Source: Octopus vulgaris (taxonomy: Eukaryota). From it: a stretch of DNA of 64,000 bases. The DNA is taken from positions 29,388,001-29,452,000 of the forward strand of contig OX597829.1 of NCBI GenBank assembly GCA_951406725.2, given 5' to 3'. This document shows positions 28,571-41,869 of this stretch, one piece after another (within the stretch, counting starts at the first letter, position 1; each line of letters begins with the position of its first letter). A program made the position numbers and the translations under genes. A model generated the notes under the pieces. That model was not told the origin of the DNA, made no database searches, and saw nothing but the letters and a program-made list of their open reading frames with translations.

Positions 28571-28899
28571 TCCTTTACTTGGAAAATAAGCAATGGTTAA
28601 TGACAGGAAAAGCATGCAGCCGTAAAACAATGTCTCGATACATATCTACCCCATGCTAAGATGGAAAACAGTTGTAAATACAAATAAACAAGTATTTATG
28701 TATGTGCAAATGTGTATGATGCATTTCTATACAGTTTCTATCTACCAAGTCTCAAAACCGTAGTAGAAGACACTTTCTCAAAGTGCCATTCAGTGAGACT
28801 GAACCTGAAAACCTGATAAATTGTAAAGAAACTTCTTACCAATTAGCTATGTCTATGTTAAGGGTGTGTGGGTATTTCGAAAATACCTCAGTGACAACT

Positions 28900-30760
28900 G
28901 TACCCTGTATAGTTACTGGCTGCCCTTTGGCAAGGCATAGCACCCTTTCAGTCACCCTGCCAGGGAAATGGCAAAGTCATGGGACTGCAGCATGGCAGAT
29001 TGTGAAAAGATTGTAAAAGAGCTCAACTAGACCAATGCTTCTTCTTACATTGATGCTGAGTGGAGGAATCCTAGAAGATCAATGGTCAGGATTACCAATT
29101 TCTATCAAGACTAGCCAAACCTGAGGAGTCATTTATAGTAGCAGCAGAAAAGTAGAGTGGTAAGAAGCATGAATGACTGTTGTTCAGGCCAGAGGCCAGA
29201 GTGTACCTATTAGTTACTTTATGCATAAAAGCTGGGTGGTCTGTCTTTGGATGTAGTCTAGCCTATCCATTGCAACAGTAAAACCATCCTACATGTGAGG
29301 CAATATTCCATTTTGGACCAAATTTGAGCTTTGTAGAAGTATCAGCAGTTGAGGTGGCTGAAGTATTTTCTGATCCTGAAGAGAAGGGTCAGTCTTTGGA
29401 ATGCATTCCTAGTTATGTTAAGGAGTGCTTTTACCAGGAAAGACCTCAGTGATAGCGAAGTTTAACAACCAGCAATTTGAGAAGCCATCAAAGCTTTAGT
29501 TGAGTGTTGTTCATGTTTAAGAGGTATGTGGTGTGTAATATTTTCTTGATATGAGCAGTGTTTCTTTTGAGGGCTGTTAAAAGATAAAGAGTTGCATGGC
29601 CCCATGGCAGGATGCTTTCAAGAGATCCATTCATAAAATCAGTGCAGGTTTGGTGTTTGGCAACTTGACAGCACATGGATGATGCTTAGTTGGAGAAGGT
29701 CCGGGAAGAATGTAGGGTTGTAGTATTAGCCATATAAGAGTGAGTAGTGTTTGATATGTTGGGGCACACTAGTGTTCATAGAGTGAGAAACAGAAAGGGT
29801 ACCACTGTGAGTTAGAGATCTTCAATGGGGGATCTAATTTCTTTCCTTGATGACTACCAGAACAGTTCTATGGAAGCTATTCTGGTGGTTATTAAAGAGA
29901 GGGACACTCATGTTGTTGAAGGACATGGTTCTTAATGACAGTCACTATTAATTTTCAGATAACTGGAAAGTGGGGGCTTTCTCCATAGTTGGTAAAGATT
30001 CTTTTGGTTAGGGACTAGAAGGACAAGTTGCAGTATTAGAGAGAAGATAGCCTGAGTAGTGTTATATATGAAGGAAGTGTCCACAGTTTGGACAATGATC
30101 ATACTAGAGCTGAATTTCTGGAAAACACCACCCAGCTTTGGGCAGTGGGTGAGTTTCTCCAGACTTTTTTTTTTTGAGGGATCAAATGTGAAGTACATAT
30201 GCAACCAATTTATAGTACTTGAAGTGCTATGGGGGAGAGAGAGGGTGTTGTGTTTTGAACAGTTGCAATGAGGCTGTGGTTGTAAGACCAGTTAGATTAT
30301 GATTTATAGAGCTTGGGTTTTGAGACAAGAGCATTTAGAGTGTCTCTGTTAGTCTGTGATGCAAGTAGGGAATGAAACAAGTTGATGAAGAATGTTGAGA
30401 ACAGCAAAATATTTGGATTCTGTGCCTGTGGCAAATGGTATGGAATTAACATGTGAGTTGTGGATGTTGAAGCCAGCATGGACATTGATTTTTGAGAGAG
30501 GTGAAATGATAGATATGTTATTGATGCAGGAGGAGATATGGATATAGTCAAAAAGGCACTGGGGATTCAAGAAGATTGGAGAAAGATAGAGAGTTCAGAT
30601 GTATTTTTAGAGAATGTAGGAGGAAGACATTGAGTAAGAGTAACCTGAAGTTATAACTGCTAAAACCCAGATGGAGGTGAGTGATAGGGAGAGTAAAATC
30701 TATGTGTGCACAGATGCCACATTTTAGAGTGAAATTTTATTAAAGAGTTAATCTGGAGTG
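28900..30760 (-). mobile_element. Old non-LTR retrotransposon (APE endonuclease region), heavily decayed
   Basis: Minus-strand AGFNIHN...LHQLVSFPT resembles the GDFNxH..LxQLVxxPT endonuclease motifs. Boundaries are approximate. Confidence 0.5.
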
Positions 30761-33700
30761 TGGAAATGGATTCTAAATATCATCATTTAACATCCACTTT
30801 GCAAGGGTCAGACAGAATTTTTTGAGGCAAATTTTCTACAGTTAGATGCCCTTCCTGTCACCAACTCTCGTTTGTTTCCAAGCAAGGTAATATTTTCCCA
30901 TAGCTAAACATTTTTTTCACTAAAGAAATGAAAATAAACAACCTTGTATAATGACTATGCTCATTTAAAATCATTATGCGATGTCAAGACAAAGGTACAC
31001 ACAAACACATACAACAGGCTTCTTTTGGTTTCTGCCTACCAAATCCACTCAAATCTTTTTGACACTTGCCCAAGGTGCCAAGCAGTGGGACTGAATTCCA
31101 AGACTTCTCAACTACACAGCTATGCTTGTAACTATTTATAGGCAAGGTGGAGAAATTTGTGTTATGGAGAGGAAAAAGAAACTATATTTTTTTGCTATAC
31201 AAATATTACCTCTTCTGCCTGGAGAGTTTTTATCTATCATTTTTATCTGTATGTTATGCTCTAGAAAGAACTATTTACAATAATCCATGACAAATACTAA
31301 TTCACTTCTCTCTGCTTTTCTATTGTGATTAAGTTGATAAAATTGTTGAAAATGTGTTAAAAAAGAATAATGAACATAGCATGTTGACCATTCTGTCACT
31401 ATAATTCTATTGAAATGTACTGCATCTGTTTCAATTAAATTTGAAAATAATGAAGAATTTAGTAAATCAACTTATTAAGCTGATGGGAAATAGCAAGCTG
31501 GTAGAATCATTAATATTTTGGACAAAATGATGAGTAGCATTTTGCCCATCTTTAAGATTTGAGTTCAAATTCTGCTATGGTTGATTTTGCCTACTATTCT
31601 TTTGGAATTGATGAATTTAGTACCAATCAAGTCAGGGGGCTAAGTCCTGGGATTGATATAATTGACTAGCCCCCTCCCCCAAAGAATTTCAGGCCAAGTG
31701 CCTATTGTAGACAAGAATATTAAACTGGTGTTTGGAGCTTATTGTTTAAAGATATAAACTATCTATATTGTTCTGCTAGTAAATTGGTAATATTTTAACA
31801 AATCTGAATGCACTGTACTATATTCATCTTCTAAAGAAAAATGCACAGGGCTCGCTCGATTAGAACTCATTTCCCAATGAATGAAGTATCTTATGTGCCT
31901 TGCTGAGCTGATTCTAAAGATACACAACAATTTAAAATAATTATTTCCAAGTTATTATCTTAATTATATATTATGTCGACAATAGATTACATCTTGAATT
32001 TTATTCCATAGTCTATCAGTTAATTATCTAACAAATGGTGTACTGTATAGATTATGTCGTCTATTTTGTTTCATAGTATTGCTATAGAAGTACAAACAGA
32101 CAGTAGCAGATATTTTGTTTCCTATTACAACCTTGCATTGACAATAAATGATATTAGACTCTTCATTTTAAAGAACTTTCATTCATGATTTCAAAGAGGA
32201 ATTCTATAAAAATAATTTTTTCTCTACAGTAAAAAGATAAGTACAAAAACTGATAAACTGTCACATGTTTCATCAAAACCCAATGTCAATGGAGGTAATT
32301 GTAAACAAAAACCCAACTTTCGATAATAGTTTACTCATGCCATTTGGTAATGAACCATTCTGATGGAATATATTAATGCTCAGTTGATTTCTCAACCAAT
32401 ACACCCTGCACATACAAATAGTTACTTCTCAGATGCTGCAATCTTTTACTTTCAATATCTCTATGTTGTTTCCTCAGATTACACTCCTATCAATTGGAAC
32501 ACTTTAACCGTGATAGAGGTTAAAGCCTGAAGTTAAATTTTCCACCCGAAAGAAACGGAATACTCACTTCATATCAAAAATTATTATGGAAACACCACTA
32601 TAACAAGAAGACAGATAAGCTAACTTAATTTCTTTTGCTAACATTCTACATGGACTTTGCTATTGGTAAATCCCGCATTTGCATGGATTCTTTAGAGTTT
32701 CCCCCCTAATATTAAATACTTAACAGTGAAATTGATAAATGTGTTGTCTATTTTTTATATTTGAACTGAGGCAAGTAGAGTGATCTACCTTGACTTTAAC
32801 ATGGTCATGACTTGGCAAAAATCTGTGTGTTATGTCGCAAAAATTAATCATCTATTCTGATAATAAATAACTAAATACTGACGACCATAACGACGGCACC
32901 GAAAATAATAATGCAGATTGAGTTTTTTTTCTTTTCTGAAACACTATAATAGCTCATTTCTTCAAAATAATTATCTACAAATAGTCGTTTTGTACCTACG
33001 AGTTTTTAAGTAATAGAAAGTATTTTTACCAATAATATTTTTGTAGTAATATAAATCAATTAAGTTTTGAATTACAGTAATTGAATTTTGCTTCGTCTAG
33101 AGCTATTTCTATCGGCTGCTGGTTTAATTTTAAAAGGAGAGAAAATGGAACAGGAACACCCAGAGATTTAGGTTCAACAGGAAATTTACATTTCTACCTA
33201 AAAGAAATACGTTAACAATACGTGCAATAATGACCAAATAAATTGGTACAAGCAACATGTAAAAATATGAGAGTTCCTTAAAACGTACGAGGCAAGCGTT
33301 GACATGAGATTTCATATTGTGTCCGTTATCTATTCTTTAGGGCAAATTTTTTTTATTTAATAGCAGGAAAGAGAATAACAATTTAAAAAACAAACAAAAA
33401 AAACACGTTTTCCTCCAATGCGTATAGCTAGATATATATTTTAAAGGCAGTCAAACCACACATTTTCGATGAAACCTCACCATTGTTAAAATAAATATAG
33501 AATATAACGTGACTTTTGAGAACTATATGAAAGTTATAATAAGTATTGTAAAAATTTTAAGTGCAACTTTCTAACCGAACTAATTAAAAATTAAAAGGCT
33601 TAACATTCTTAACATCAAAAATCACCAAAGTCTTATCATCATGTAATTTCTGATATTAATTATAATCAGTAATGACTCTCTACAGAATCTAATTTTTAGT

Positions 33701-34999
33701 TTTTCTTCGTTAATAAAAGAATGAAATTGATATGGCACGTTTGTTCGTTAAATAATAGGGGAGGGGTGGCATATACTTAATATTAAGATACGGCTTTTGC
33801 TTCAATGATTTACAAACAAACCGTAAATCATGACTGTGCAATAAATATTTGAAAATTTTAACATTTTGTGAGGTTATCTAGAAAAGGTGTTTGAAACATG
33901 TGACACAACTTAAGTACGCTACCATTTTAAAACAGCCCGTAATAAAAGGTCATGTAACTAATGAAGTGTATTTAATTAACTAAAATTAGATTACTTTATT
34001 ACTCTAATTTTACAGTTTAGTAAGATGCAAAGATATGAATTTAGAAGCTTCATCTAAAAATGTCATTCAGTAATCTAAACAGATCAATAAATTATATATA
34101 AATAAAAAAAATGTTTTCAGAAAAAAATATCTAAAAGTATTTTCGATAAAAATGAAATTAGATTTATACAATGAATGTTCACGAAAAATAAAAAAAAAGG
34201 CGTGGAAAGTGTTTTCTATATGGTTAATTTTAGTTACGGTTAAGTCAAGAAATTGTAACAATGTTGCTTTTCTTGACAGTGGTATGGAATCGAAGTAGAT
34301 TTACTCTAATAAAATAAAAGCAATTGGACAAATATATTGCAACGCTTAAACTAACACAGAAAATACAGTCAAGAAATATTTGACAAAACAGCAACTTCTT
34401 AAGAAATAGGATTGTTGCCGTGAAATCTAAGCATGGAACACCGCAATCTCTATTCGAGGAGTGGCCAAGAGCTCCGTTTAAATAAATACATGAATAAACT
34501 CCACACTATATAGTGAAGGGTCTATCTTTATATGTATAAACGCAGATGAGTGGATATGTGTGTGTATGATGTACAATGTTTACGTATATGATGGACATAT
34601 ATAGGTAAGGAAGGATGAACATAAGAAAGACATGTTTCGAGAAGAGATCCTCGCCAAAACTAGGTAACCTCATCAAAGTCTGAAGAGATTGACTCAATTA
34701 AGGATAGTGGTGTGTTAACTGAAATATGCTACTGAGAGCAACAACGAATAAAAAAAATAACACAAGAGATAAATCACATCATATCCCCACCCCCCGTTTT
34801 TTGAAATAAAATCCAATACAATAAAAAAGTTGAGTATTCGTAAAAGAGAAAAAAAAAAAATTAATCGTTGATTTTTTTGTCCTCCTTTCTGTTATAGAGC
34901 TTGTTCGCCCAACCGAATGTTCATATATGTAAAACATTGCTGTCGGCTGAACTAAAGTGTTCGATTAAGTAGTTTATCGAATAAAGTGTTGCAATTTAC

Positions 35000-35077
35000 C
35001 TTATTTTCGTGATCTTCTGTAGAAGTTAATGCGGTTTCATCATTGTCCAAACGTTGTTCAGTGGACTCAGCACTCAT
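35000..35077 (-). CDS. CLPTM1: CLPTM1 putative coding exon 1 (MSAESTEQRLDNDETALTSTEDHENK)
   Basis: ATG in ATCATGA context, 26 open codons, donor AAG|gtaaat, phase 0 matching the phase-0 acceptor of the next exon. It lies in the CpG-rich promoter zone. The N-terminus is not conserved, so the assignment rests on splice logic. Confidence 0.75.
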
Positions 35078-35370
35078 GATGTTGCTAGACATTACACAGT
35101 TACAGAGATGTACTCAAGACTGAAACGATCTAAGCGAAAATGCCCGTGTTACACATATTGTCTTATACTTCTCCACTACAAAGTACAACACATCTAACGT
35201 TATTTTCAAATATTATTACAAATTACTCTAAAGTGAGAAATAAATTCGGAAAATACGAAAAATAATTGAATTTGATAAAAATAGATTTTGAAATCTTTAA
35301 AAAAATCACCTGATAATAATACGCAACTTTCCAGGAGCTCTACATGCAACGTGACAAGTAGAATATCAAG
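35078..35370. promoter_or_regulatory. Bidirectional promoter / 5'UTRs shared by CLPTM1 and MEN1
   Basis: 293 bp between divergent ATGs, within a TE-poor, CpG-retaining zone of about 32.8-37.2 kb. Confidence 0.7.
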
Positions 35371-35378
35371 ATGGCGGG
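35367..35378 (+). promoter_or_regulatory. TISU / YY1-like element overlapping the MEN1 ATG
   Basis: CAAGATGGCGGG matches the TISU consensus SAASATGGCGGC at 11 of 12 positions and contains the YY1 core AAGATGGCG. Confidence 0.55.
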
Positions 35379-35785
35379 CCTCCGGGATTGCGTCGCACGT
35401 TACTTCCCTTTTCAAAATATCCAGGATGTCGTAAAATTGTTTCAAGAACAGTTAAACAAACCCGAAGATCCAGATTTAACACTCCTTTCTATTGTGCTTG
35501 GTGCAATTGAGAATATTTTAACTGTCAATCGCACTGTCCCAACTGATGTTGATTGTTCGAAAAGTCTGGAGCCAATTTTTCCAGCGATCGAATTTTCAAC
35601 AGTTGAGGTTCTTTACAATAAGTTTGTTACAATTGTGAAAAGTACCGTAGATTTAACAGAATATAAATCAGAGTATGCTACTCGTGAGCTGGTCAAGAAA
35701 GTATCAGATGTAATTTGGAGCTCCCTCACTCGCAGTAATTACAAAGATAAAGCTCACCTACAATCACTTTATAGCTTTTTGACAG
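35371..35785 (+). CDS. MEN1: Menin, first coding exon
   Basis: MAGLRDCVARYFPFQNIQDVVKLF...PDLTLLSIVLG...RELVKKVSDVIWSSLTRSNYKDKAHLQSLYSFLTG matches the menin N-terminus. The phase-1 donor ACAG|gtaagt is at the same residue (FxTG) as the vertebrate intron. No following exon (TKLD...HAWV) was found in the window. Confidence 0.96.
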
Positions 35786-36469
35786 GTAAGTCGATTCTTT
35801 AATTAAAGAAATGACAAGTGAATGTGCACCAATATACCTGTTATTCAACACAAGTAAGCACCATAAAACACACTATACTCATTTGTTGCATGTGCAAACA
35901 GGTCTTTGTATATTGATTATAGTTGTCTCTAGTCAACTGTGATTCTGCTTTTTATTTTAATATGATTAACTATACTTAAACATTGTTTTTTGTTTATATA
36001 ATAAAAACGTTTTGATGAATAAATTAAAAAAAAAAGCGAGTTACTTTCATTATATTCTTACATGATAGCTTTTACACGTTGTTTTATTGACCTGGTCGGG
36101 TTCGCGCGTTTGACACAACAGGCGTTTTCACAATAAATTCATCTTTGTTAACATATAAAAATGATTTCAACTAATTTTTAAGCGATCCATGAAATATAAA
36201 AACTAAAATTGATCTGCTGTCAATTCCGATTTAATAAGTTTATTGTCAAATATCAACTGCGTAAAACGCGCCAGTTGTCATCCGCACTATTACAATTTGT
36301 TATCATTCAGGATGTTTGCTTTCCCGGGTTTTTTTGCCTTTCTGTTTCAAGACTTGTTTTATTTTATTTTTATTTCTCCTTCAAATAAAAGACAATTCTT
36401 ATTATTCCAGTTAAATTATAAACTGAATTTTCTCCCAAAGAATCTATATTTTTACGTTTTTTCTGTTTG

Positions 36470-38355
36470 AATGAATAAATCTAACGTTCTGCGTAGGGTC
36501 TATTTTAAGATAGCGGAAGTAGTCATAGCTATAACTAGGTAGCTGTTCGGCTCGTGTCTTAGAAACTGTCAGTAGATTCACACAATTCTTAATACTTTCT
36601 ATTTATCAGTTTTCAATTAATTTCTCATCAGTGCAACAACTGTCATTCATTACTGACGCATTTATTTTCTTACATTCCCCATCGACTGTGAGATTGCTCA
36701 GCAACTCAGATATATATCTTCATCTTCCCATATAACATTATAGATAATGCGCAATAAGCGACACCAAAAAGTTGTTTTGTTTATAGTTTGATGTAAGAGT
36801 TAAAAGTGCAAGAGACACAGCTTTCTAAAGTTTGTATATATTTTTTTTACTATCTAAATTAAACTTCATTCAATTAAAATTACAATCTCAATAATAATTT
36901 TATGTTTTCATTCTCTCATTCATTATGAGCTGCAACGATTCTTTTTATTTTAAGCAACTACTTTAATTAAATCGATTTTTGTTTGAAATTTACATTAATC
37001 CAATGAATTAAATTGTAAATGTAAATTGGATATTTTTTTAGCAGTACATGTTGTAATCAGTTTTTTTTAATCGTAATTTATTGATATGTATAGATTACGC
37101 ATAATTTATTAAATCGACATCTTCGAAAGTAAATTAATACTTTGTAACAATTTTCATTATTATTCAATGTATTAATTTAACAGATGCATATACTATGGGC
37201 ATGTGTACGCGCGCGCGTGTACACACAATAGTACACAGGTATACACCATTTTATGCCAACTTTCAATGGCAGCATGAGTTAGACGTGTCATTACGGTTTG
37301 AGTTAGTTCTTATTTGGAGTTCCTAGCCTCGTAGAAGGGTTGGAGGACCACATCTCACTTGTACATTTCATTACTTTTTCTAGTATGGTTTCTACAACTG
37401 GATGCACTTTTTAACACCAACCATATAGAATATACTGGGGGAATTTAACCGCTGTACTTGCACCAGAGGGGTTGTCGTGTTCTCAAAAAGCCTAAAGTGA
37501 CTGGTGTTTGGGAAGGCATCAAGCTGTAGAAATTATAACAATAGTGAGATACGATTCTTTGACCCTACTGCAAAGATAGTAACTTTGAATAGGGACCCAC
37601 TTGGATCAGGATGACACGTGCAACTCATGCTAACATTGAAAGTGGTTGTATAATGTGGATAATGAAGTACATACACATGCATCTTTAAAATTTACGCATT
37701 AATTTATCTTTTAAAACATCAATTTATGTTATGCATAATTTATAGATACTAATAAACTATTATCAAAAATATCCCATTGCAACTTGAAATGTAAAAAAAG
37801 AAAAATATCCAATTCAGATTTAAAATTAATTCATTGGATTAGTGTAAATCTCAATGAAAATGAATTTAATTAAAGCAGTTGCTTAAAATGAAACGAAAGA
37901 AAGAATTGTTGCAGTTCATAATGAATGAGAGAATGAAAACAAAATTATTATTGAGATTGTAATTTTAATTGAATGAAGTTTAATTTAGATTGTAAAAAAA
38001 AATATACAAACTGTAGAAAGCTGTCTCTTGCACTTTTAACTCTTACATCAAACTATAAACAAAACAACTTTTTAGTGTTGCTTATTGCGCATTGTCTATA
38101 ATGTTATATGGGAAGATGAAGATATATATCTGAGTTGCTGAGCAATTCACAGTCGAGGGGGAATGTAAGAAAATAAACACGTCAGTAATGAATGACAGTT
38201 GTTGCAATGATGAGAAATTAATTGAAAAATTGATAAATAGAAAGTATTAAGAATTGTGTAAATCTGTTGACAGTTTCTAAGACACGAGCCGAACAGCTAC
38301 CTAGTTATAGATATGACTACTTTTGCTGCCTTAAAATAGAATGTTAGATTTATTG
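36470..38355. repeat. Long inverted repeat (arms ~36470-37190 and ~37675-38355)
   Basis: For example, TATAACTAGGTAGCTGTTCGGCTCGTGTCTTAGAAACTGTC at ~36530 has its reverse complement at ~38270-38310. Arms are about 90% identical over the outer ~550 bp and more diverged toward the ~480-bp spacer (by eye). Confidence 0.95.
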
Positions 38356-38512
38356 AAATTATCTTTGTTCCCAGAAGATGTAGAAGAATTTGTCTGATAG
38401 CAATTGGGGCCAAATCCAAATGAAATGTGGAGATAATCTCATAAATCAAGAATTCTGTATTTGATGTGCCATTTAGAAAAAGACAGTTTGATTATTTGGA
38501 GACTGGAGGACA

Positions 38513-38555
38513 ACTGTCGACATGTTTCTGCCTCATTAAGCATCATCAATACAGC
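38513..38555 (-). ncRNA. Degenerate minimal type I hammerhead ribozyme motif
   Basis: Minus strand reads CTGTa-tTGATGA-TGC(ttaatgag)GCA-GAAA-CATG-TC^GACAG. Stem III is the palindrome ACATGT. There is a C3>U core change. Confidence 0.55.
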
Positions 38556-41500
38556 CATTGTTGGACCATATCTCTAGGAGACAGATTACTTAGACATAAG
38601 AATATAATATTTTTATGACTTAGATAATACATGCATACATATATATCTTGTTAATGAGATAAAAACCACATGTCTGTTGAAAGAAGGCTTTATAATGTAC
38701 TGAGATCTGCTCATTCCACCAATTGTTGTCCAGACAAACTATATGGAGCTCATTCTAAACAACTTCAAAGGATGGTATAGTCATCTGCACTCTTATAGGT
38801 CCAGAGACAGGGGCAGACCACTTTACTGTTTCATCTAATAGTGTGGAAACCATGGACATGATTGTTCTGTTGTATTGCTGATGCAGTCCCACCCATACTG
38901 CTATAGTTCATGTAATCTAGCAAAAAATTTTTAGGAAGCATCAAAGGGTTAACTTTGTTTGCTAAGGAAAGGTAATCTTGACAAAGTTGCCTCTCTTGCA
39001 TCTATCAGTATCTCACACTTTGATGTAGCAGCCTTCCTTGTTTTCCAGCATTTGACCTGATATATCCAGTGAGCTACTAACTTACCAGCAACCAAAATGA
39101 ATCCTCTTTTAAGCTAAAACATTGTGAATACTTATTTCCTTTCAAACATTTGAGGATTTATGTAGATGTCCATGTATCTATAAAATTCTGAATAATGGTT
39201 TAGAGTAAAGAAATTGTAATATAAAAATATATGTATGTACATATTTTATTGAGTATTCTTTTTTTTTGTACTCTTGTGTGCATGTATATATTTATATATA
39301 TGGCTGTGTATATGTGTGTATGTATTCACATATATGTATACAGGTAAATGAATATGCATACATCCATACAGTTTAACATGTTTTCCATGCAGGCATGGGT
39401 TGGACGGTTTGACAGGGGCTGGCTAGGCAAAGTACTGCACCAAGCTTCACTGTCTGTTTTGGCTGGGTTTATATGGTTGGATGCCCTTCCTAGCATCGGG
39501 TGATTTAGTAGAATAGTTAGCACATTTGATTGAATGTTTTGCAGTATTTGTTCCAGTTGTCAATGTTCTGAGTTCAACTTTGCCTTTTATCTTTTTGGGG
39601 CTGATAAATAAAGTACCAGTCCACTACCACAGAGGTATAGAAAGAGAAAAGTAATCTGATTTAATCCTATATTTGACTTAAATGTTTCTATTAATATAGC
39701 TATAATTTTCTAGTTAGGCAACATCTTCCAAGAGCCCATAGATATAAACTCTTTAATGTCCATAAAGATAAAGTTAGCTACTTGTGCTAAGGTAATATCA
39801 CTTCTGACTTTGCATGCTATAATAGAAACATTCACTCCATTCACACCCCAGATATTAACTACCAAAATCCTTCCAAATGCTTACTGGTGAGGTTTTCTCT
39901 TTCAATGTTTATTATCTTTAAAGACACCCTTACACTATCAAATGGTTCCATGAGACACTTCACAGGTATTACACTGAATGATTTTAAGGGATAATTATAC
40001 AACACACACACCCCATCAGGTTTAAGGACAGAGAAAATTCTACATTCTGTTCTGTTTAACTTGGAGATTCAGGGATCATGATGTTTCTCAGCATCAAATT
40101 ATATGTATAGATATATACATGCATATGCACACAGACACAAAATATTCAAAGAAAAGAGTTCTCAATACATCATCTGACATCCTTGGCAGGATCCCTCTTT
40201 ACTTACCTGGAGTTCATTATTGTAAACTCTGCCTCCATAAGAAACTGGCTAAACTGAAACAGTCTGCATGATCTGTCAACAGGAAAACTGATCAGTCTTA
40301 TTGTCACCAAAAATGAATTTCAAACCACTTGCCACTGATAACCTGGAAAAAAACCACCCTAGCCATTGTTGGTCTACATGCAATTGTCAATTGCATGGTA
40401 TATAATCCCTGTTTTGTCCATTTTAAAATTATTTCTTCTGCATATAATCATTGTAGACTGATATGTAATCTGACATTACCAATCTGGTTATCTCACCAAG
40501 TGGTTGAATTTCACAAACTGTTCACTACCTGACTCCAACATTTTGTTTGCTCTACCACATGGAGCTTATAATATAAGAATTTCTGTCACTGCTTAGCCAA
40601 ATTATCCACTATACCTAATCTGACTGATAGCAGTTCAGATATTCTCACCTAAAAACCATTAAAAAATTTCTTTTAACTTTTCTACAATCTGACTTCATAA
40701 GTCTGAGATATGGGCATAGTTTGCATCTGTGAAACTTTGTGAAGCTGAGTCAACCTGTAATGACTGACATGTATATACATGTATAATCAAATGTAGTAAG
40801 ATCAATCAGTCATAGTAAAAACAGTATAAACAAGGCTTGTATAGAAAACACAAATGAAATGATAATTCATCAATAAAGTTTATCAATCAATGCATCAAGT
40901 ACATTTCATCCACTATTGAAATCAGAAAATTTCAGTATATTCAGTGCCCCCTTGAAACAGCTGTATTGCTTAACTACTTTTACTTTTCCTTTCATTCACA
41001 GACAATACACACACACTTTAAAATTCATATGTATGTGTGTGTATATCATTTTATATTTTCTTTCTATGCTGGCATGGTTGCATGTTTAGGTAGGACATCA
41101 CAGTCAAAGTCATTTCTTGTTGCAAGTTGCTACTCCTCAAGACTGGTGCTTGTACATGTCATTTTGAATAGTTTTTGTGGCTTGATACTCTTCCTATTAC
41201 CTACCACTTTACAAATTGTACTCGGTGCATTTACTTGTAGCACCAACACTTGGGTACTCAGCAACTGAAGAAAGAAGTGTAGATTGAAGAGAGGAATCAA
41301 TGACAGCAGAGAAACCAGAAATGAGTAGTTGAGAGGGGAGACAACAGGAGTATTAGTATAGAGAATATACATGAAGCTAGAGTGTGTGTATTTACATAGA
41401 AGAGAAACATGGAGCAAGTCATCAGAATGAGTGAGAAGGTGGATGACATGTGTACGAGGTGAAAGACACAGAGGTATTAGGGATGAAGGTGGCACAAAAG

Positions 41501-41869
41501 GGATTGGCAGTAGTTGAGGTGAACAAAGGTAACGGTAGGTAATGGGATAAAGACAAGAGTTAAAGTAATGATTGGTAGTTTAACTGGGCAAAGCTAGTGT
41601 TTATTTTCCATCCATTGCAGCCTTTTACAGGTGGATCTAGAGAAAGGTGAGAAGTCAGAATGAAATGATGTGGTGTGTGGAAATGGTAGAGAGATAAGAG
41701 ATAGGGTCATATGAGTAATGAAGAGAAAGGAGAGGGAGGGGTGAGTAATAGGTTATATCAAGGGTGAAGATGCCTTCAAAGTGATGGGGCAGTAAGGTAG
41801 GTTGGACAGAGAACATAAATATAATTGTGTACCACACAATTGTACAGTTTACTGTATGTGGTTGAGGCC

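Noticed and set aside
32873-32912. CTGACGA...GAAA hammerhead-like spacing (similar weak hits at ~10610-10655, ~26715 and ~36605-36632)
   Set aside because: No convincing stems I-III; compatible with chance.
40201-40760. Minus-strand donor CAG|gtaagt suggesting a nested gene exon
   Set aside because: No sustained open frame or recognisable peptide, and no partner exons were found.
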